From: Bipalium vagum
Lineage: Eukaryota
Length of the DNA: 51,029 bases
Direction: 5' to 3'
NCBI GenBank assembly: GCA_037834085.1
Contig: JBBMKC010107859.1
Span: 1-51,029, forward strand
Shown here: piece after piece, positions 37,248 to 51,029 of the stretch
How positions within the stretch are numbered: position 1 is the first letter of the stretch
Layout: each line of letters starts with the position of its first letter
Program-made: the position numbers and the translations under genes
The notes under the pieces: generated by a model
The model's input: only the letters and a program-made list of their open reading frames with translations
Told to the model about the DNA's origin: nothing
Databases searched by the model: none

Positions 37248-37975
37248 TTGCCGTCGAGATCCAACTCAAACAAATGTGATTTCAAGTTACCGTTTGGTGA
37301 TAATGTATAATGTGGCCGGAATAATTATTATCTGTTAACATATCTATTAAAACAAAAATCCTGAGACAGAGTGGGACTGTTTAATGTATATTTGTCTCAG
37401 ATACAATTGGTGTTTACATTGCATTTTTCACTAAAAATACATTTTCCATCACAACACCGGTATCAGCTGCCAAATCGAAGTAGACGACAAATCCAATCTT
37501 CCCAACGAAATATGGATATGGGCTTTAATGCGAATTCCCCAGATTAAATTTTACACTTAAGAGAAAGAAAATTCAGAAACGAACCGCCAAATCGAATAAT
37601 AATTTTTTTTTGCTAGAGAGAAAGATTAAAGAAAAGCGATTTTCACACATTATGAATACAAAAATTATGATTGATAACCCCTAATTATGTTGCAGAAATT
37701 GACAACTATGAATTGGCTAATCCAATTAGAAAAATATAAATAAATAAAATGCCATTTGACTTTCACACTTTGACATTTTTATAAATTATTGAATAGAAAT
37801 ATTCAATTGGTTTCGGTTCAAAAGGGAAAAAAAATCTCGGAAATGACTAATTTTCCTATGTCGTTATTTATGCCAATTTCGGACCACCGGTTATAAAACC
37901 GTTTTTATTACTGATAATAATAATAATATTATTATTACTAAGTCATGGGATGAATGATTGCTTTATTATATTATA

Positions 37976-38288
37976 TAGTGAAAGCTGTCTTTGTTGGGCA
38001 CCACTGGGACCGAACATTTTCCCAAAAATATAGAGGTTTCCAAAATAGTGGTGCCCAAATTATAGAGGGTTCATGAAAACAACAATCATTACAATACCTG
38101 GCCATTGAAATAGACTTAAACAAAAATATCGTTTTTTAATCGTAAATTCAATTTAAAATTCTTTTAACGTAATTCATTATTAAATACAAGAATAATGATT
38201 TATTAAACTGGAGACACTAAAACAATGTTATACATATTTAATTTTTATTAACAAAATTTAGAGGTGCCCAAATTAATCAGTTTCACTG
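37976..38288. mobile_element. Pogo/Tigger-like non-autonomous element (MITE, ~310 bp) upstream of netrin
   Basis: Left AGTGAAAGCTG...TTGGGCACC and right GGTGCCCAAATTAATCAGTTTCACTG|TA are imperfect inverted repeats. Subterminal CCCAAA.TATAGAGG repeats. Confidence 0.65.
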
Positions 38289-38879
38289 TATAAAGATTAA
38301 GTAATTCGTTAATTGCATTATAAAAATGTTTTATTACATGACCTTAAGAATTTTATTAGAAAAATATTAGACCGACGATGTTATTATTTTTCAAACAGAC
38401 ATAAGAAACTGAGATTGTGTTACTGTTAGACTATTAGATGCACCTGTTAATAATGAATATTTTAATTTAATATTTTAATTATTAATATAAACACAGAATA
38501 ACAGGTTATTTGTCAATACCTTCCTTATATGATGTAATTATGGTGATTATTTGTTTTTGTATAGAAAAGAATCGACAGGTCTGGTTTTAGAAACTTTTAT
38601 AATCTTAGACTAACAGAGAATCTTTTTTTTTGTATATTTTAATTATTGATCTGAATAAATCCAAAAATACTTCCTAGATCGCATTCCTTAAATAAACTTA
38701 TCATTTCTACTTATCATTTCCTGTTACAATTCGATTGAAAAAAGACAATATTATATGCAGCACCCACATATGTATCTTGAAAAGGTTACAAACTTTATTT
38801 AAACTAACAGAAATAGGTTTATGAACAATACTTACATTTGTTAGGGTTTGATTTTGGATTAAACACTCATCTGCATATT

Positions 38880-39838
38880 AGGAGTGGAAAAAGTTTACGT
38901 TAAAATATAATATTCAATTTCAATGTTTTCATAAAATACAAGTTAACGTTTCCGAGGCGTTAATAATCCAGTTATTGTTGGCATTTAAAATGTTACAATA
39001 AACTTAAAATCCTTTTTTTAGAATTGTTTATAGTTTTCTCAGAAGACCTTCATGAACGTCCACAAGTAGCTTTATTTATCATATTATCTCCACAAGTCTT
39101 CATACAGTTACTAATAATACCCTGTTCTGGTTTACTTCAAAATAAAATAATAAATAAAACTTCCATCAAATTGTTTATCAGATTTATATTTAGCATAATA
39201 ACTGGTAATAACTAGAAATCTGGACTAATTTTGTACGTACTTAGTATCTATTTTTTCAAACAACGTCGTATATCTATTTTGGTTTTAAAAAGTCTTAGGT
39301 CTTTTTGGCGTAATGTGAAGAGACTTTGTCCGGTCAGAAGATGAAGTTTTCATCAGAAGGATGCTCTTTTAGAAAAGGAATGAAAATTTTGGTCAAACAT
39401 TCCCCCTGATATATTTTCTGATTGATTACCAAACCTCCATCCATGGCTTTGAAACCACTTTCTTAAAGATGACAATGTAAAACATAAGCTTCTTTTCATA
39501 TTTTTTCTGTAACTTGTGCACAATTTTATATTAAGTGGATATGTAGCAGGACTTTAGGAATAAAATCTGTTATTTCCAGGCACTCAAGAGTTGCTCAATG
39601 CAAAATAACGTTTATCATCCATTCGTTCATTTCATAAATATTTACAGGGCGTTCTTGTAACATATATTGTTTTGATGTCATTTTTTGTTGTTGTAAAATA
39701 GTTTATTAAAACAAATTTGATTACAAATAATATTTAATCACTATAGGATCGATAAAATATGTTTATAATACCTTTCCTTAAAAAATTATTTATAAATTTT
39801 ACATTTGAAATTAGTTTCAATTTGTAGTTACACCCGTT
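38880..39838 (-). mobile_element. Decayed Tc1/mariner-superfamily element
   Basis: Minus-strand PSDENFIF near 39340-39360 (SDEKxF motif), N-terminal HTH/GRS-like stretch near 39060, TIR-like end near 39835. Confidence 0.5.
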
Positions 39839-40799
39839 AAACTTTCAGAGAATCTGAATGCTTGTGAAAATTCAATTATATACAAATATTTTTTATAATC
39901 GAGTATATATTTTGCATAAATGAAACAATGTAAATAGAAAAATTTTAAAAAATGATAAACAGAAATATGAAATCTATACAATAAGAATATTCTATGTGGT
40001 CAACCTTATCTCGTATAACTGCTTCTAGCATGTACCAAAATCCGTCCTACCTATTTTCCATTGAAATGTGTCATTAACTTGATAACATTCAGTGGAGTTG
40101 ATGATGCTAATGACTCGTGCCTTAACTATTTGCAATCAGTGCTAGAAGAAGACCAATGTTAGGTTAGAATTTCATATATCGATGCCTGAAATTCCTTGCC
40201 TTATGGATCGGAATAAACTCTTATTGGAATACATAACTATTCATTTATTGCGCCTTCTGAAAGTGTTTATTTAAACAAATTGCATTTTTAAAACCTATAT
40301 AAACTTAGTAAATATTTTGATATTTAAAAAAAATTTCTATTAAGACTTTATAAATACAAATATATCTAACATTATTGCTTTTTTTAATTTTACACCAGAA
40401 TTATGTTCTTATTAATATAACAAAGTTCCTATTAATATAATAATATCAGTAAAAAACTAATAGCCATAAGATATTATATGGTAGTAAACTTTTGAGTAGA
40501 ATAAATGAAAAAAGTTATGCAAGTATAAAGTTGATAAATAGGAAAGGAAAAATCTATGAAGTCTTTGATGAATAGTGATATCGGAATAGTGGCGTTTAAA
40601 ACAATAGGAAAAATTGTGGAAAAATAGTTTGTTAAAATGAGAATAGAAATTGAAATAATAAATAACAGAAAACTTAACGATAAATAATAAACAAAAACCA
40701 TAAAAGGTGATTTCTTTAATATAAATCTTTTGTAACATTTATAAATATGAATTAAAAAGAATCATAATTAGTCAAGAATATTAAAACGAATTATAAAAA

Positions 40800-41400
40800 A
40801 ATAAAAGAATCAGGGTGGTATTCTTTGGCTGACAATTATTAGAATTAATATATTAAAATTGTTAAAGTCAAACCGAATTAACAAATTGCTACTTTTACCG
40901 AATCTAAGGGAGTTATTGAATCATAGCAATAGACAATCTTTCCCTAAACTATCCAAGTCCCATCATTCAAAGAAGTAATTTGTTAGTAAAACAGTTAGAC
41001 ATACGATTTAAAGGGGCAAAATAATTACCTTATTCTAACATATAACATTTAAAAAAATGATAACTACGAAAAATGCCAAAGGACAAGGGACATTCTTATA
41101 TGATTGATAGACTGATAACACCTCCAAAAAGTTAAATATCTTCATTGCTGATAAATTACATGTCTCTCCCAATTTGGGGGAGCTTTGAATTTTATAATAA
41201 AAATCCTGTTCATTTATGAAAAATTATTAAAGAAGTAATGAGATTATTTTCCTTGGTGTGATTTTCAAAGCTGCTCGTATTGTATTTTTTGACTGAAATT
41301 TATTGTCCTTCTACCGATTGCCATTTATGTTTTTAAATTATTCACAGTATTTGTGGGAATATATTGCTTCATTCATTCTGAGCAATTATTTATAGAATAG
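40800..41400 (-). mobile_element. Possible LINE reverse transcriptase remnant
   Basis: Minus-strand ECPLSFGIF near 41070-41097 resembles QGCPLSPxLF. Nothing else is intact. Confidence 0.25.
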
Positions 41401-44400
41401 ATCATACAAAATACAATGAACAAATTTCAAGTAATGAAAACCTTGTATATTATTGACCTAGTTACTTATCTGAAAGATAATTTGTTCTTTTCTTTCAGAA
41501 CTATGAAATTCAGAAAACGTCTGTTACCAGTGACTCATAATGATAAGCATTGGTGTTGTTCTTCAGAACCAATGATGGACAAACGGAAACTATTTGCTTT
41601 TTTCAATCAATAGTATAATATTCAAATGAACCTCAAAATGTTGTTCTCTATCATATGTAAATGATTCTTGATTTCGGACATATCAAACTTAATATATTTC
41701 CGATGTTCTACAAGGTTTTCTTAATATTTCAATTTTTTATTATTATTTTATATATAAAACATTTTTATAGCCGTTATCTTTTTCATTTTACATTGGGTGC
41801 TTGTGAAAAAATCAAGCATGGAATTATATATAATATTAAAAAATACCAATAGACTTCAGTGAACCAAGGAAATCTTAGGTTTTTCTTTTAATGTCATATA
41901 ATTAATTATACTAAATTCTGTTTTATGTTCGTTTTATTCGGAATTATTAAAACAAAATATTAATTTAATTTCAAATACAAATTAAGTATTGAAATCATAG
42001 CAACTTAATGATAACATTTAAACTGTTCTGAAAAATAAAATAAAAATAATGTGATTATATTATAATATTTTAATTATGTTAAAAAATTTATGACTTTAAT
42101 TATGTCAACTGTGTAACGTAATCGTCGCATTATTATAATATATATTATATTATCATACTTGGAAAAATTTAATAATTATAATTTTTTGTAAATTTTTTTT
42201 CCATATCATATTGAAATAAAAATAAATGAAAAAATTTCCACTTTACTAAAAACTGTTCAATTATCAGAAAAAAGCTTTTAACTGGATATTTTAATGAATG
42301 AAAAATAGTTATAATTTTATGTTGTTGAGTTTGTGGTGTATTTACTTAAAACCTTGTGGGGACATGATTACAAAAGGAATTTCACGTTTGGTAGGATAAC
42401 ATTTTATAGAAATTGTTTAAAATTAGCAATAGATAAAGACAGGTTTCAGATACAATGACTAATGAAAGACTTATAATGTTTGTAAAAACATTGAAAAACT
42501 AGAATATGTTTTATTATGAAAAATTATAATCTCAAAAAGATCGAAATAATTTTGAAATCTATACTGTTGAAGGTTAGGTATTGTCGCTTTTCTATACAAA
42601 AACTTTAAATCAACAATATATTAAGATTTCAATTAATATTATTTATAATTATTGATTTGATCAATATATTAATATCTCGAATTTAACCTGGTTGTGATTT
42701 TATTAGACAGTGCAATGCACAACAACCAATAAACCAAAAACCTGTATTTATATCGCAGTGCACAAAATTACTCATAAGATAATAACGATAATATCAAATC
42801 ATTAACAAGAGTCAAAATACCAATGATATTAACAACAAAATTATCAAATACATACGAGGATAAAATAATCCCGTCACCAAATTGTCTAATTAATTTAGTA
42901 TTATTATAAGTTAGCCTCTATTCAAATAAGTATTTCATTATTTAAGATTTTTTAGATAATGTAAAACTTGGTATAAGAGACCATGACAGCGACGTAAATT
43001 CGAACATGAAGGATAGGTATGAGATATCTAAAAGCTAACACTTCAAAACGCCAATTGACACGAAAAACTGAAGCAAGAACACCCTGCAGTGATGAGTCAC
43101 AACAGTGATTTACATTTGCACGATACTTGTAGGTTAACGTTGCAAAATTTATTTTAAAAATTTGTCATCTACTCTTATCACTTGACAATTTCCTATTAAA
43201 GAAAGAATTCTAAAAACAAAGTGATGCTCAGCACATATTTTCTTATTTTGTCGAATCCGGTGATCAGAAATTTTTTAAAGATTGTATCAATAAACTTTAA
43301 AAAAAAATTGGTAAAATTGTCAATGGTGATTATTTTAACTAATAAAATTTTTTCATGGAGACATCGATTTTTAATTTATATGAAAAGCGAAAATAGTTTT
43401 CCTACAATCTAATTTGTTCAAAGTGACAATTTCTCATTTTTCACTAAGTTTTGAATAATGATAAAAATATGTGTTTGGTTCGAGAAAGGCGGTTAATTAA
43501 AATAAGATTCATCCAGGGTCAAAGGTTAAAGACCAAAGAAGGGTCTGTAACAGAGAATAAATAATAATAATAATAATAATAAAATGATAAAATTTATAAA
43601 ATTTCACCAAATAAAATGTACAATCAATTAAAAGTTTACAAATATAGTGTTAATTAATAATTAATAATCAGTAATTTCTTTTTAAACATTATATTTTAAG
43701 CTCATTATTGTATTTTCATTTTGTACTTTTCAATGACACTATCATTATGGTATCATAATTAAATTTTCTATTAATAAGATTTAATAATTAGTTAAGTTGT
43801 TTAAATAAACAAGATTAATCATTTACTTATTAATTTTCTAAAATGAATTCTTCTTTCTCAGTGATTTTTTTTGCACTACTTAAATAATTAACTAATTTTA
43901 TAAATGAAATGCACAAGTAATTATAAATATTTCTGAGTTTGTAAAATATAAAAAATCTCTTTTATTTTAAGTTTATTTATTTTAATATTAATAATATTTT
44001 ATCAGTTATTCCTACTCATAGAATATCAGAATAGTTGGTAAATCATTTTCATGATATTATTGGTAAAATATATTGATCATTACGTTATGTAAGGATGAGA
44101 CAACTTAAAGGAAATACTTTATTTTTTATTGTTTTATTGAAGTGAATAATAATAATTCAAAAGTTGTCTATCTTCTTTCTTCTTTAATTTAGATTAAGGT
44201 ACGGATATATTCATAAATGTAAAATTATTTAATTTTCAAAATAAATCAATTTTTAATCAATAATGTACAGCTACATTTTCTCAGAGTGAACAATTTCTTC
44301 AAGAACAATTTCTTATAATTTTCCAGAGCAACTATCTATATTTTTCACAAGTTCTTTAATTTAAAATACCTTCAAGGGAGAGTGAGAGATGTCTTAATAA

Positions 44401-44959
44401 TTTTTGAAATCACAGTATCTTTTTTATATGTTTTTATCATTATAATGATATTTTTCGCTTGTTTTAATGGGGAATCTGTAACCATCTGCAAATGATGATT
44501 AAGGGAATTAATCAGCTCTCGGTCATCATCGCCAAAATGATGGAAGTATTTGTATAAATAAAATAAATATTTATTATCACATCAGAGAGGAGATAAAAGA
44601 TAAGAGATGGTGCATCGATAATTATACCATATCATTCATTCTCATCTTTGAATATATTAATAATGATAATAATAATTATTATTATAATATTATCAATCAA
44701 TTTTCATTTATTTTAATTATAAAAAATTTATATTTTTCACCAATGATTGAGAAATTGAAACAATAATGTCAGTGTAAGACATTCAAATTTCAAGACATAT
44801 AACTTACGTTTTATAATAATAGATTAAAACTTAATTGGTCCACCCCTTATTACAAAATATGATTTTAAAATTTTTTAACACTCAAATTACAATTAATTTT
44901 GAAATTATTGTTATAATGTATCATATCTGACAGATGAAAATGTCAACATCTCTAGTGAG

Positions 44960-45284
44960 GTGTTGTAGATGCCTAAGACTCTCTATCAACTAATGAGGGG
45001 GCAGCAATGCAATACTAAAATCATTCGAAAATCGATGTTTAAATCGATTGTGCAATGTATCTTTGAACAGAGCTTCCATAACTTGAAGGATGTGAAAAAG
45101 TGGACTGATGAGTGGATTGTATTGAAACAGGAACATTTTTCTACGTTATTCAAACTACCTCACATAAATGGACCAAAGCTGTAGATAGTGATGGAAATTA
45201 CTTTCATTAAAAACTTGTTTAGTTTTGTTGAAAAAAACGCTTTCGGACTCGTAAAACAACGCCATTTTCAACTCGTACACCTAA
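44960..45284 (+). mobile_element. Mariner 3' end fragment with TIR
   Basis: MFKSIVQCIFEQSFHNLKDVKKWTDEWI...DGNYF C-terminus. TIR-like CATTTTCAACTCGTACACCTAA. Confidence 0.75.
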
Positions 45285-45322
45285 AAATATACAAAATAAT
45301 GATTTAAATATTTTGCTGTGTA

Positions 45323-45760
45323 CAGTGTTCTTTTTAGTGATCATCGTGACATTTTGGCAAATGTCGTTTTAATGCGCTCATAAATTGAGACTTCAAAAAT
45401 TTTTTACTATTGAATATTTTAAATTAATAAGATTACATTTTAATCCTTTTAATTCAGAGTAAAACAAAGCAGAACACCAGTAATCTTTTTAATCTAATTG
45501 GAAAAATCGTATTTTACTTTTTTTCGAAAAAGTTTTTTGTAAAAATGCATAAGCAATTACAATTTTCAGAATTGGGTGAAGAATTTTGCTCGTTGAACTC
45601 AGCTAAAATTAATAATCTTTGAAACATCGACTGAAAAATCAGTGGGACTTAATTTCTTTTGAAAGAGTCCAGTCCTTATTCGAAAGTATGCCACGCCGAA
45701 TTTGCGGAATATACTGAAAAGAAAGGTGGTCCTACATTCTACTGATGGAACTTTTATCAA
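45323..45760 (+). mobile_element. Internally deleted Tc1-like remnant
   Basis: TA|CAGTG start. LIRKYATP/ESMPRRICG...KKGGPT C-terminal motif near 45680-45735. Confidence 0.55.
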
Positions 45761-46339
45761 TAAACGTTTTGTTGACAATTGTATGTTTGTTTTTATTAAC
45801 TATTAGTAACAAAGTTAACTTAGTTGGAATTGTAAATTTCAAACTAGTGTGTCTTTTAATCACTTTTCTAAATTGGGGTATAATTTTAGACCACGGCACA
45901 TGTTTATATATCCGAGGGTGGATTGATAAGTAAGAAAAAAACAATTTTTTTGTAAGTTTATTTTTATTTATCAACATAATCTTCTTTTAGATTTATACAC
46001 TTTTTCCAACAGTGCTCGAACTTTATGATGCCATTATAAAAGTAGCTTTTATCATAAGCTTCAATATATATATATATATATATATATGACTTATAAGGTC
46101 GTTGTTTTTACCGAAACCTTTTTTCTGCAAATCATTTTTTAAAATCTAAAGACAAAAAGAAATTAGGCTGCGTTAATTCTGAAGAATACACTAATTATGA
46201 AACAAATCCTACCACATTCATGCAATCTGTGGTCATATTTTTCAGTATCGGTGAGCAGATGGGTTGTCATAATGAAAAGCACTTTTTTCTTCTTCAAACT
46301 ATTAAGCTGTAACATAAGTTCGTAGAGTTTTTTTAGCTA

Positions 46340-47300
46340 AAATTCAAACATAAAATGAAGATATTTATTCACCTATTTAATCGGTCAAATGTGTACCATT
46401 CTGTTCCAGAACCTTTAATCATGTTTGAGGAAGCTTCATCAACTAATCATCCCAAAATTTATCACTTTTTGGGCAATGTATCAGTCAAGTTCGTTTTAGC
46501 AGTCCTCTGAATTTTTGAAATTTTTTCCAGCAAGAAAATTTTGGAGGGATCTGGATAAATAAAATCGAAGGGTGCTAGATCAGGTGAATATGGTGGCTGA
46601 CTTAGTGATGTGTCATGAAAGATACGTGAGGTCGGGAGTTATTCTTCCGATTGGCCAATGAAGGGTGCTTCTTATCGATTGCAGCATTTAAATGATTCAG
46701 CTGGAACAATATTTGATGGAATTTAAGTTGACCTTGTGGAAGGCGTTCGTAATAAATTACACCCTTCCAATCGCACCATTCAGCTTTTGTGTTGGTTTTT
46801 GGAGGTTTATTTGATGTTGACAAAAAGTCACCAATCTTACATCGTCTGTAATTGTTCTTTTCAACAATAGGTCGGTCTTATTTCTTATAAGAAAGGAAAT
46901 ACAAATGAAAACACGAGTCATTAATTGCTTCTCAGTCAATTGGTGATATATCCATAGATCATAACGATTGATGCACTCCAGTGTCTTCAAAAACCTTGAT
47001 ACACTCATATTGGATATCTTGAGTCTTTCTGCAATGGATCTTGTTGTTGAATAGGAATCTTTTTCAATTATTGATTCTATAGAATCATCATCTACGATAG
47101 GAGGCCTACCATAGCCTATCTTCGAACTTTAACATACTACTTTTGAACCCTAAAAACCAGCTAAAGGCCGTTCTTTCGGTAACTGAATCATCTCCAAGGA
47201 CGGAGCAAATCTTCATCATTGTCTCCGAACCAAAATTCCTAAAATGCATTTTATTTTGTTCCATTTTAAAATAATATTAAATATCCTAAAAATTAAAAAA
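46340..47300 (-). mobile_element. Decayed mariner (DD34D) element
   Basis: WIYHQLT..Q...RV.IC, TITDD, WCDWKGVIYYE.L, NNSRPH, PPYSPDLAPFDFYL motifs. Confidence 0.9.
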
Positions 47301-49649
47301 ATAAATTGTATATACTTTCAATTGATGCGTTTAAACAAAAGCTTTCAGAAAATGTATAGATATATCTATAAGTTTAACAATCTTATGAACTTTCACTCGA
47401 CGATCTATCAGACAATATCGTGGATTTTATCGATCATTTCTGACGTAGTCAACTATTTCAACGTTTGAACTCGGCGAAACAATATTTCACCATAAAATCT
47501 AATGAAGCAGAGTCACCGTAATGTTTCTTGAGTTTTCCTGATGTTTTTTATTCTTTTTGCATTTTAAAAATATTGTTTAATCACTATACGAAATTCATTT
47601 TTCTTTATTTTTCAAAAAATTAAAAATTTGCTTATTTCAAACCATTTAAACAAAAAACCTAATGCATGAATTAATATAAAAATTTTATGTTATTGGTTGA
47701 TTGCAGTTCTCAATAATAAAGGTTATTTTATTTTTATGATGACAGTAGTTAGCTTACTTATCAACCCACTCTTATATCATTGTTTCTGTTTTCATCTATT
47801 TTTATCCACAAAAATGTATCGATGTAATCGTTTCAAAAAAGCATATCTTCCCAAATTATAAAATCAAAAGAAATCAGATGAACTGTTTTAGCAGAAATTA
47901 TTATTTTATGTTATTTCAAACAACAGTCCCATTAGAGATACTTATTGATTTTATTCATTCAAGCATTTTTATATTTATAAAATAATTGCGTTTAATTTAC
48001 ACAAGGAATACTAAAAATAAAATTCATCCTCAACTAATCTTTCAAAACCAGATTCTCCAATGAAATTTTAATGTTATATTTGATTCATTAAATTTCCAAT
48101 TAAATGCTTTTTAATAATTTATTATAATTTTAATATCTTTCTAAAGAATTTTTTCCTGTTGTAACTGACACGAAACAGATCACCATAAAAATAAAATGGA
48201 TTTAAAGAAGGTTATAAAATGAGTACAGGTTATGAGAAAACTTTTTTTATTTTTTGTTATGCATAATTGAAAAAAGTTTATTATTATAATTAATATTAAT
48301 TTGATTATTTATATTTTTATAAAATTTATGGTTATTAAATAAATGGGTTAATTATAATTAATAATAATAATAATTGTTATTATTAGATTAATTAAAATAT
48401 TAATATTAATTAAAAATTTGAAGGGAATTGAAAATTTTCATTTTGATTAAAATAACATTATTTTATATTATTCGCAGTCGTGACAATACAAATCTCTTCA
48501 ATGATTGTTTTGATAATTATAATAATAATTAATTATAATTAATGTTAATAATGCATACTTAATAATTTTTATTTAATTAAATCAGAAACGTTTATTAAAG
48601 TTAAATTTTGTGGATTAAATAAAAATAAAAATGAAACAATTTCTTAAAAGCTAAAATGAAAAATAATAGGACTTTTTCTGAAAACTTTTTTTGCAAATGA
48701 TATCAATGATATTTCAAAAAAATCATTTTATCGTTGGTGGTTGGTGTATTGGTTTGTTTAACTACATCACAATTTTAAAACGTTTCTCATAAATTTAAAT
48801 TGGTTGACAAAATGTTAATCACAACAATAATTTATTTTTACAAATTTAAATTCATAAACAGTACTGGTATCATCATCGTTATTATGAGTCTTCTTGGGTA
48901 TATCAATACAGGTTGAGATATACAGGTCGAAGAAAACCCACTGACAGTAATACTGATATCACTCAAATTTAACAAATGTTCACGTCCTAAATATTTATTT
49001 ACATTGCTTTTAAAATGAATTGAACAAAATCTTTAAAATAAAGGATCATAGTTAAAATGATCAATATTTTGTGAACATAAATGTAAATAGAATAGAAATA
49101 TGTTGATATAAAAATAAATTATTAGGAATTATTTGGAGAATTTCTAATAAAACAACTTATTTTAATTATTATCTTAATTAATTTTGTCTTAATTAATAAT
49201 TTCGAAAGCCTGATTAAAAGTATCCATAAATAGATAAACTTTTTTTTCTTAAAAATCATGAGCAAAACCTTTAAGAATGGTTTAGGCATATATTTTAGAT
49301 ATTGTAGAAATTACTATAATATAAAATACTACAATATTCATTATTTCGTTTAATTTTATATATAGTAGAGTCAGATAAATAGTACTGATGTGTAACTCTA
49401 GAATTATTAATGGAAGAATCTTACATAGTGTAATTCAAGTTGAATTAATGTACAAAAAGAAAAGGAAAAAATCTGAATTAAAACGGCTTGTGGGATACAT
49501 TAACTCTATCTTAATTTATTTTTTATGTTTAGGAATTCTGAAAAATTAAAAATAATTAAGTTTTCATTTCAATTTTTCTTAAATGAAAAAAATAATGTAA
49601 AGTAATTTTTTGAATTACTCATTATATATAATTTTCTACTTTTTCTTTT

Positions 49650-49849
49650 NNNNNNNNNNNNNNNNNNNNNNNNNNNNNNNNNNNNNNNNNNNNNNNNNNN
49701 NNNNNNNNNNNNNNNNNNNNNNNNNNNNNNNNNNNNNNNNNNNNNNNNNNNNNNNNNNNNNNNNNNNNNNNNNNNNNNNNNNNNNNNNNNNNNNNNNNNN
49801 NNNNNNNNNNNNNNNNNNNNNNNNNNNNNNNNNNNNNNNNNNNNNNNNN
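49650..49849. other. Assembly gap (200 N)
   Basis: Run of N. Confidence 1.
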
Positions 49850-50952
49850 TATTAGGTTGTTTTTGGATTGAATTCGATTTTTTTAGTAAAAACCAATAGA
49901 AATATTTTAAAATAAATAAAATCATTCTCAATCAAGAATTTATTATCTTTTTCTTTTTTGTCACAAGATAATTTTAATATTATTTTGTGTAGAACTGGAT
50001 TAATTGAATAAGCATACTTTTATAAGAATCAGTAATTGTTTTAACAAACCAAAAAAAGTTAGGTCTGGAAAAAATGGTGAATGTGATATAAAAAATTCAA
50101 TATTTTCCCATGAGTCATTAAAGTTATGTGTGACCTGGAGTTGAGTTATGGTGATGATGATAAAATATTCCTTTTCTGTTCGCCATTGTTGGTCTATTTT
50201 TGTTCAGACATCCTTTTAATTTATAGAGATTCTACTATTAAGTTGCAGATAAAAAAAATTCTACTCAACCAATCACACTAAAAGGAGAGGATTACTTTCT
50301 TTTCACAGGTTTCAGGTTTTAGTATGATTTAAGGTGGTAATAATGATCCATGACCACTTTGGAGTGTTGTTACTTTATGTAATCCATCCCATAATATCAA
50401 TTCTAACAGAAAATAATCTTGTTCATTAAATTATTTATGTATATTTCTTTAACTTTTTATTATACTACTCATATTTTGTTATACTAAATATATAATTAAA
50501 GAAGCACTAACAGAAAATTAATGATTCTTCAAAATTATTGAAAATTATCCCATATCAACATTGAAAGGAATTTTAAACACAGAGAATGTTCAGAAATATT
50601 TAATATCAGAAAATTCCGTTAGAAGAAATATTTTCCTTCATTATAAAGATTATTATTTTGAAAAGATAATATTCCTCAAAATTAAGAGAAGTTTATAATC
50701 GCAAAGCAAACAAAATCGATAAACTTAATTAGCCGGTTTTATTTGTGTCAATTTGATGGATTTTATCTTTTTTTGGAAATAACTGAATTCAACCAATCTT
50801 AATTACATTATTATTTTATGATTTTTTAATATTATAATTTTATTATAATAATAAGGATTTTAATTAATTAAAAACCTTAAAAAAATTTTAAAAATAAATA
50901 AAAAAATATTAATATATTTAATATTTGACAATTGAACAACTTTATAAATTAG

Positions 50953-51029
50953 TAAAAATATAATAAAAATATAATAAAAATATAATAAAAATATAATAAA
51001 AATATAATAAAAATATAATAAAAATATAA
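50953..51029. repeat. 11-bp tandem repeat (TAAAAATATAA)x7, running to the window end
   Basis: Perfect tandem copies read directly. Confidence 0.95.

Noticed and set aside
40457-41852. Short hydrophobic F/I/L/Y-rich ORFs (also 325-507, 11230-11424, 15978-16166, 43221-43412, 47244-47468)
   Set aside because: Expected by chance in very AT-rich DNA; many have non-ATG starts and none has motifs
49569-49931. ORFs spanning the N run
   Set aside because: Artefacts of the assembly gap
50953-51029. Telomeric repeat
   Set aside because: The unit has no G/C and resembles no telomere motif; it is an ordinary AT minisatellite

Overview
AT-rich eukaryotic (metazoan) genomic DNA. Composition, gene style and mariner load suggest a planarian flatworm, but that is inference. 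There are two convergent host genes. (1) A DEG/ENaC-family ion channel with an intronless CDS on + (ATG 5476-7083, 535 aa). (2) A netrin on -, spread over about 28 kb. I reconstructed it by hand as five coding exons (37247-36206, 28029-27841, 17816-17661, 14811-14740, 9596-9205; 616 aa; all four introns GT-AG and phase 1). Two of these exons are absent from the ORF track. The rest is decayed transposons: many mariner/Tc1 copies (several nested), pogo/Tigger-like elements, a young 138-bp MITE, a broken Ty3/Gypsy pol, possible LTR/LINE remnants, microsatellites and a 200-N gap. I found no support for a wholly new biological system. The most interesting signals are loss of the LE2 Arg cluster in the netrin, and a non-canonical G-F-T filter plus an apparently missing thumb disulfide pair in the channel. 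TE boundaries without clear TIRs are approximate.
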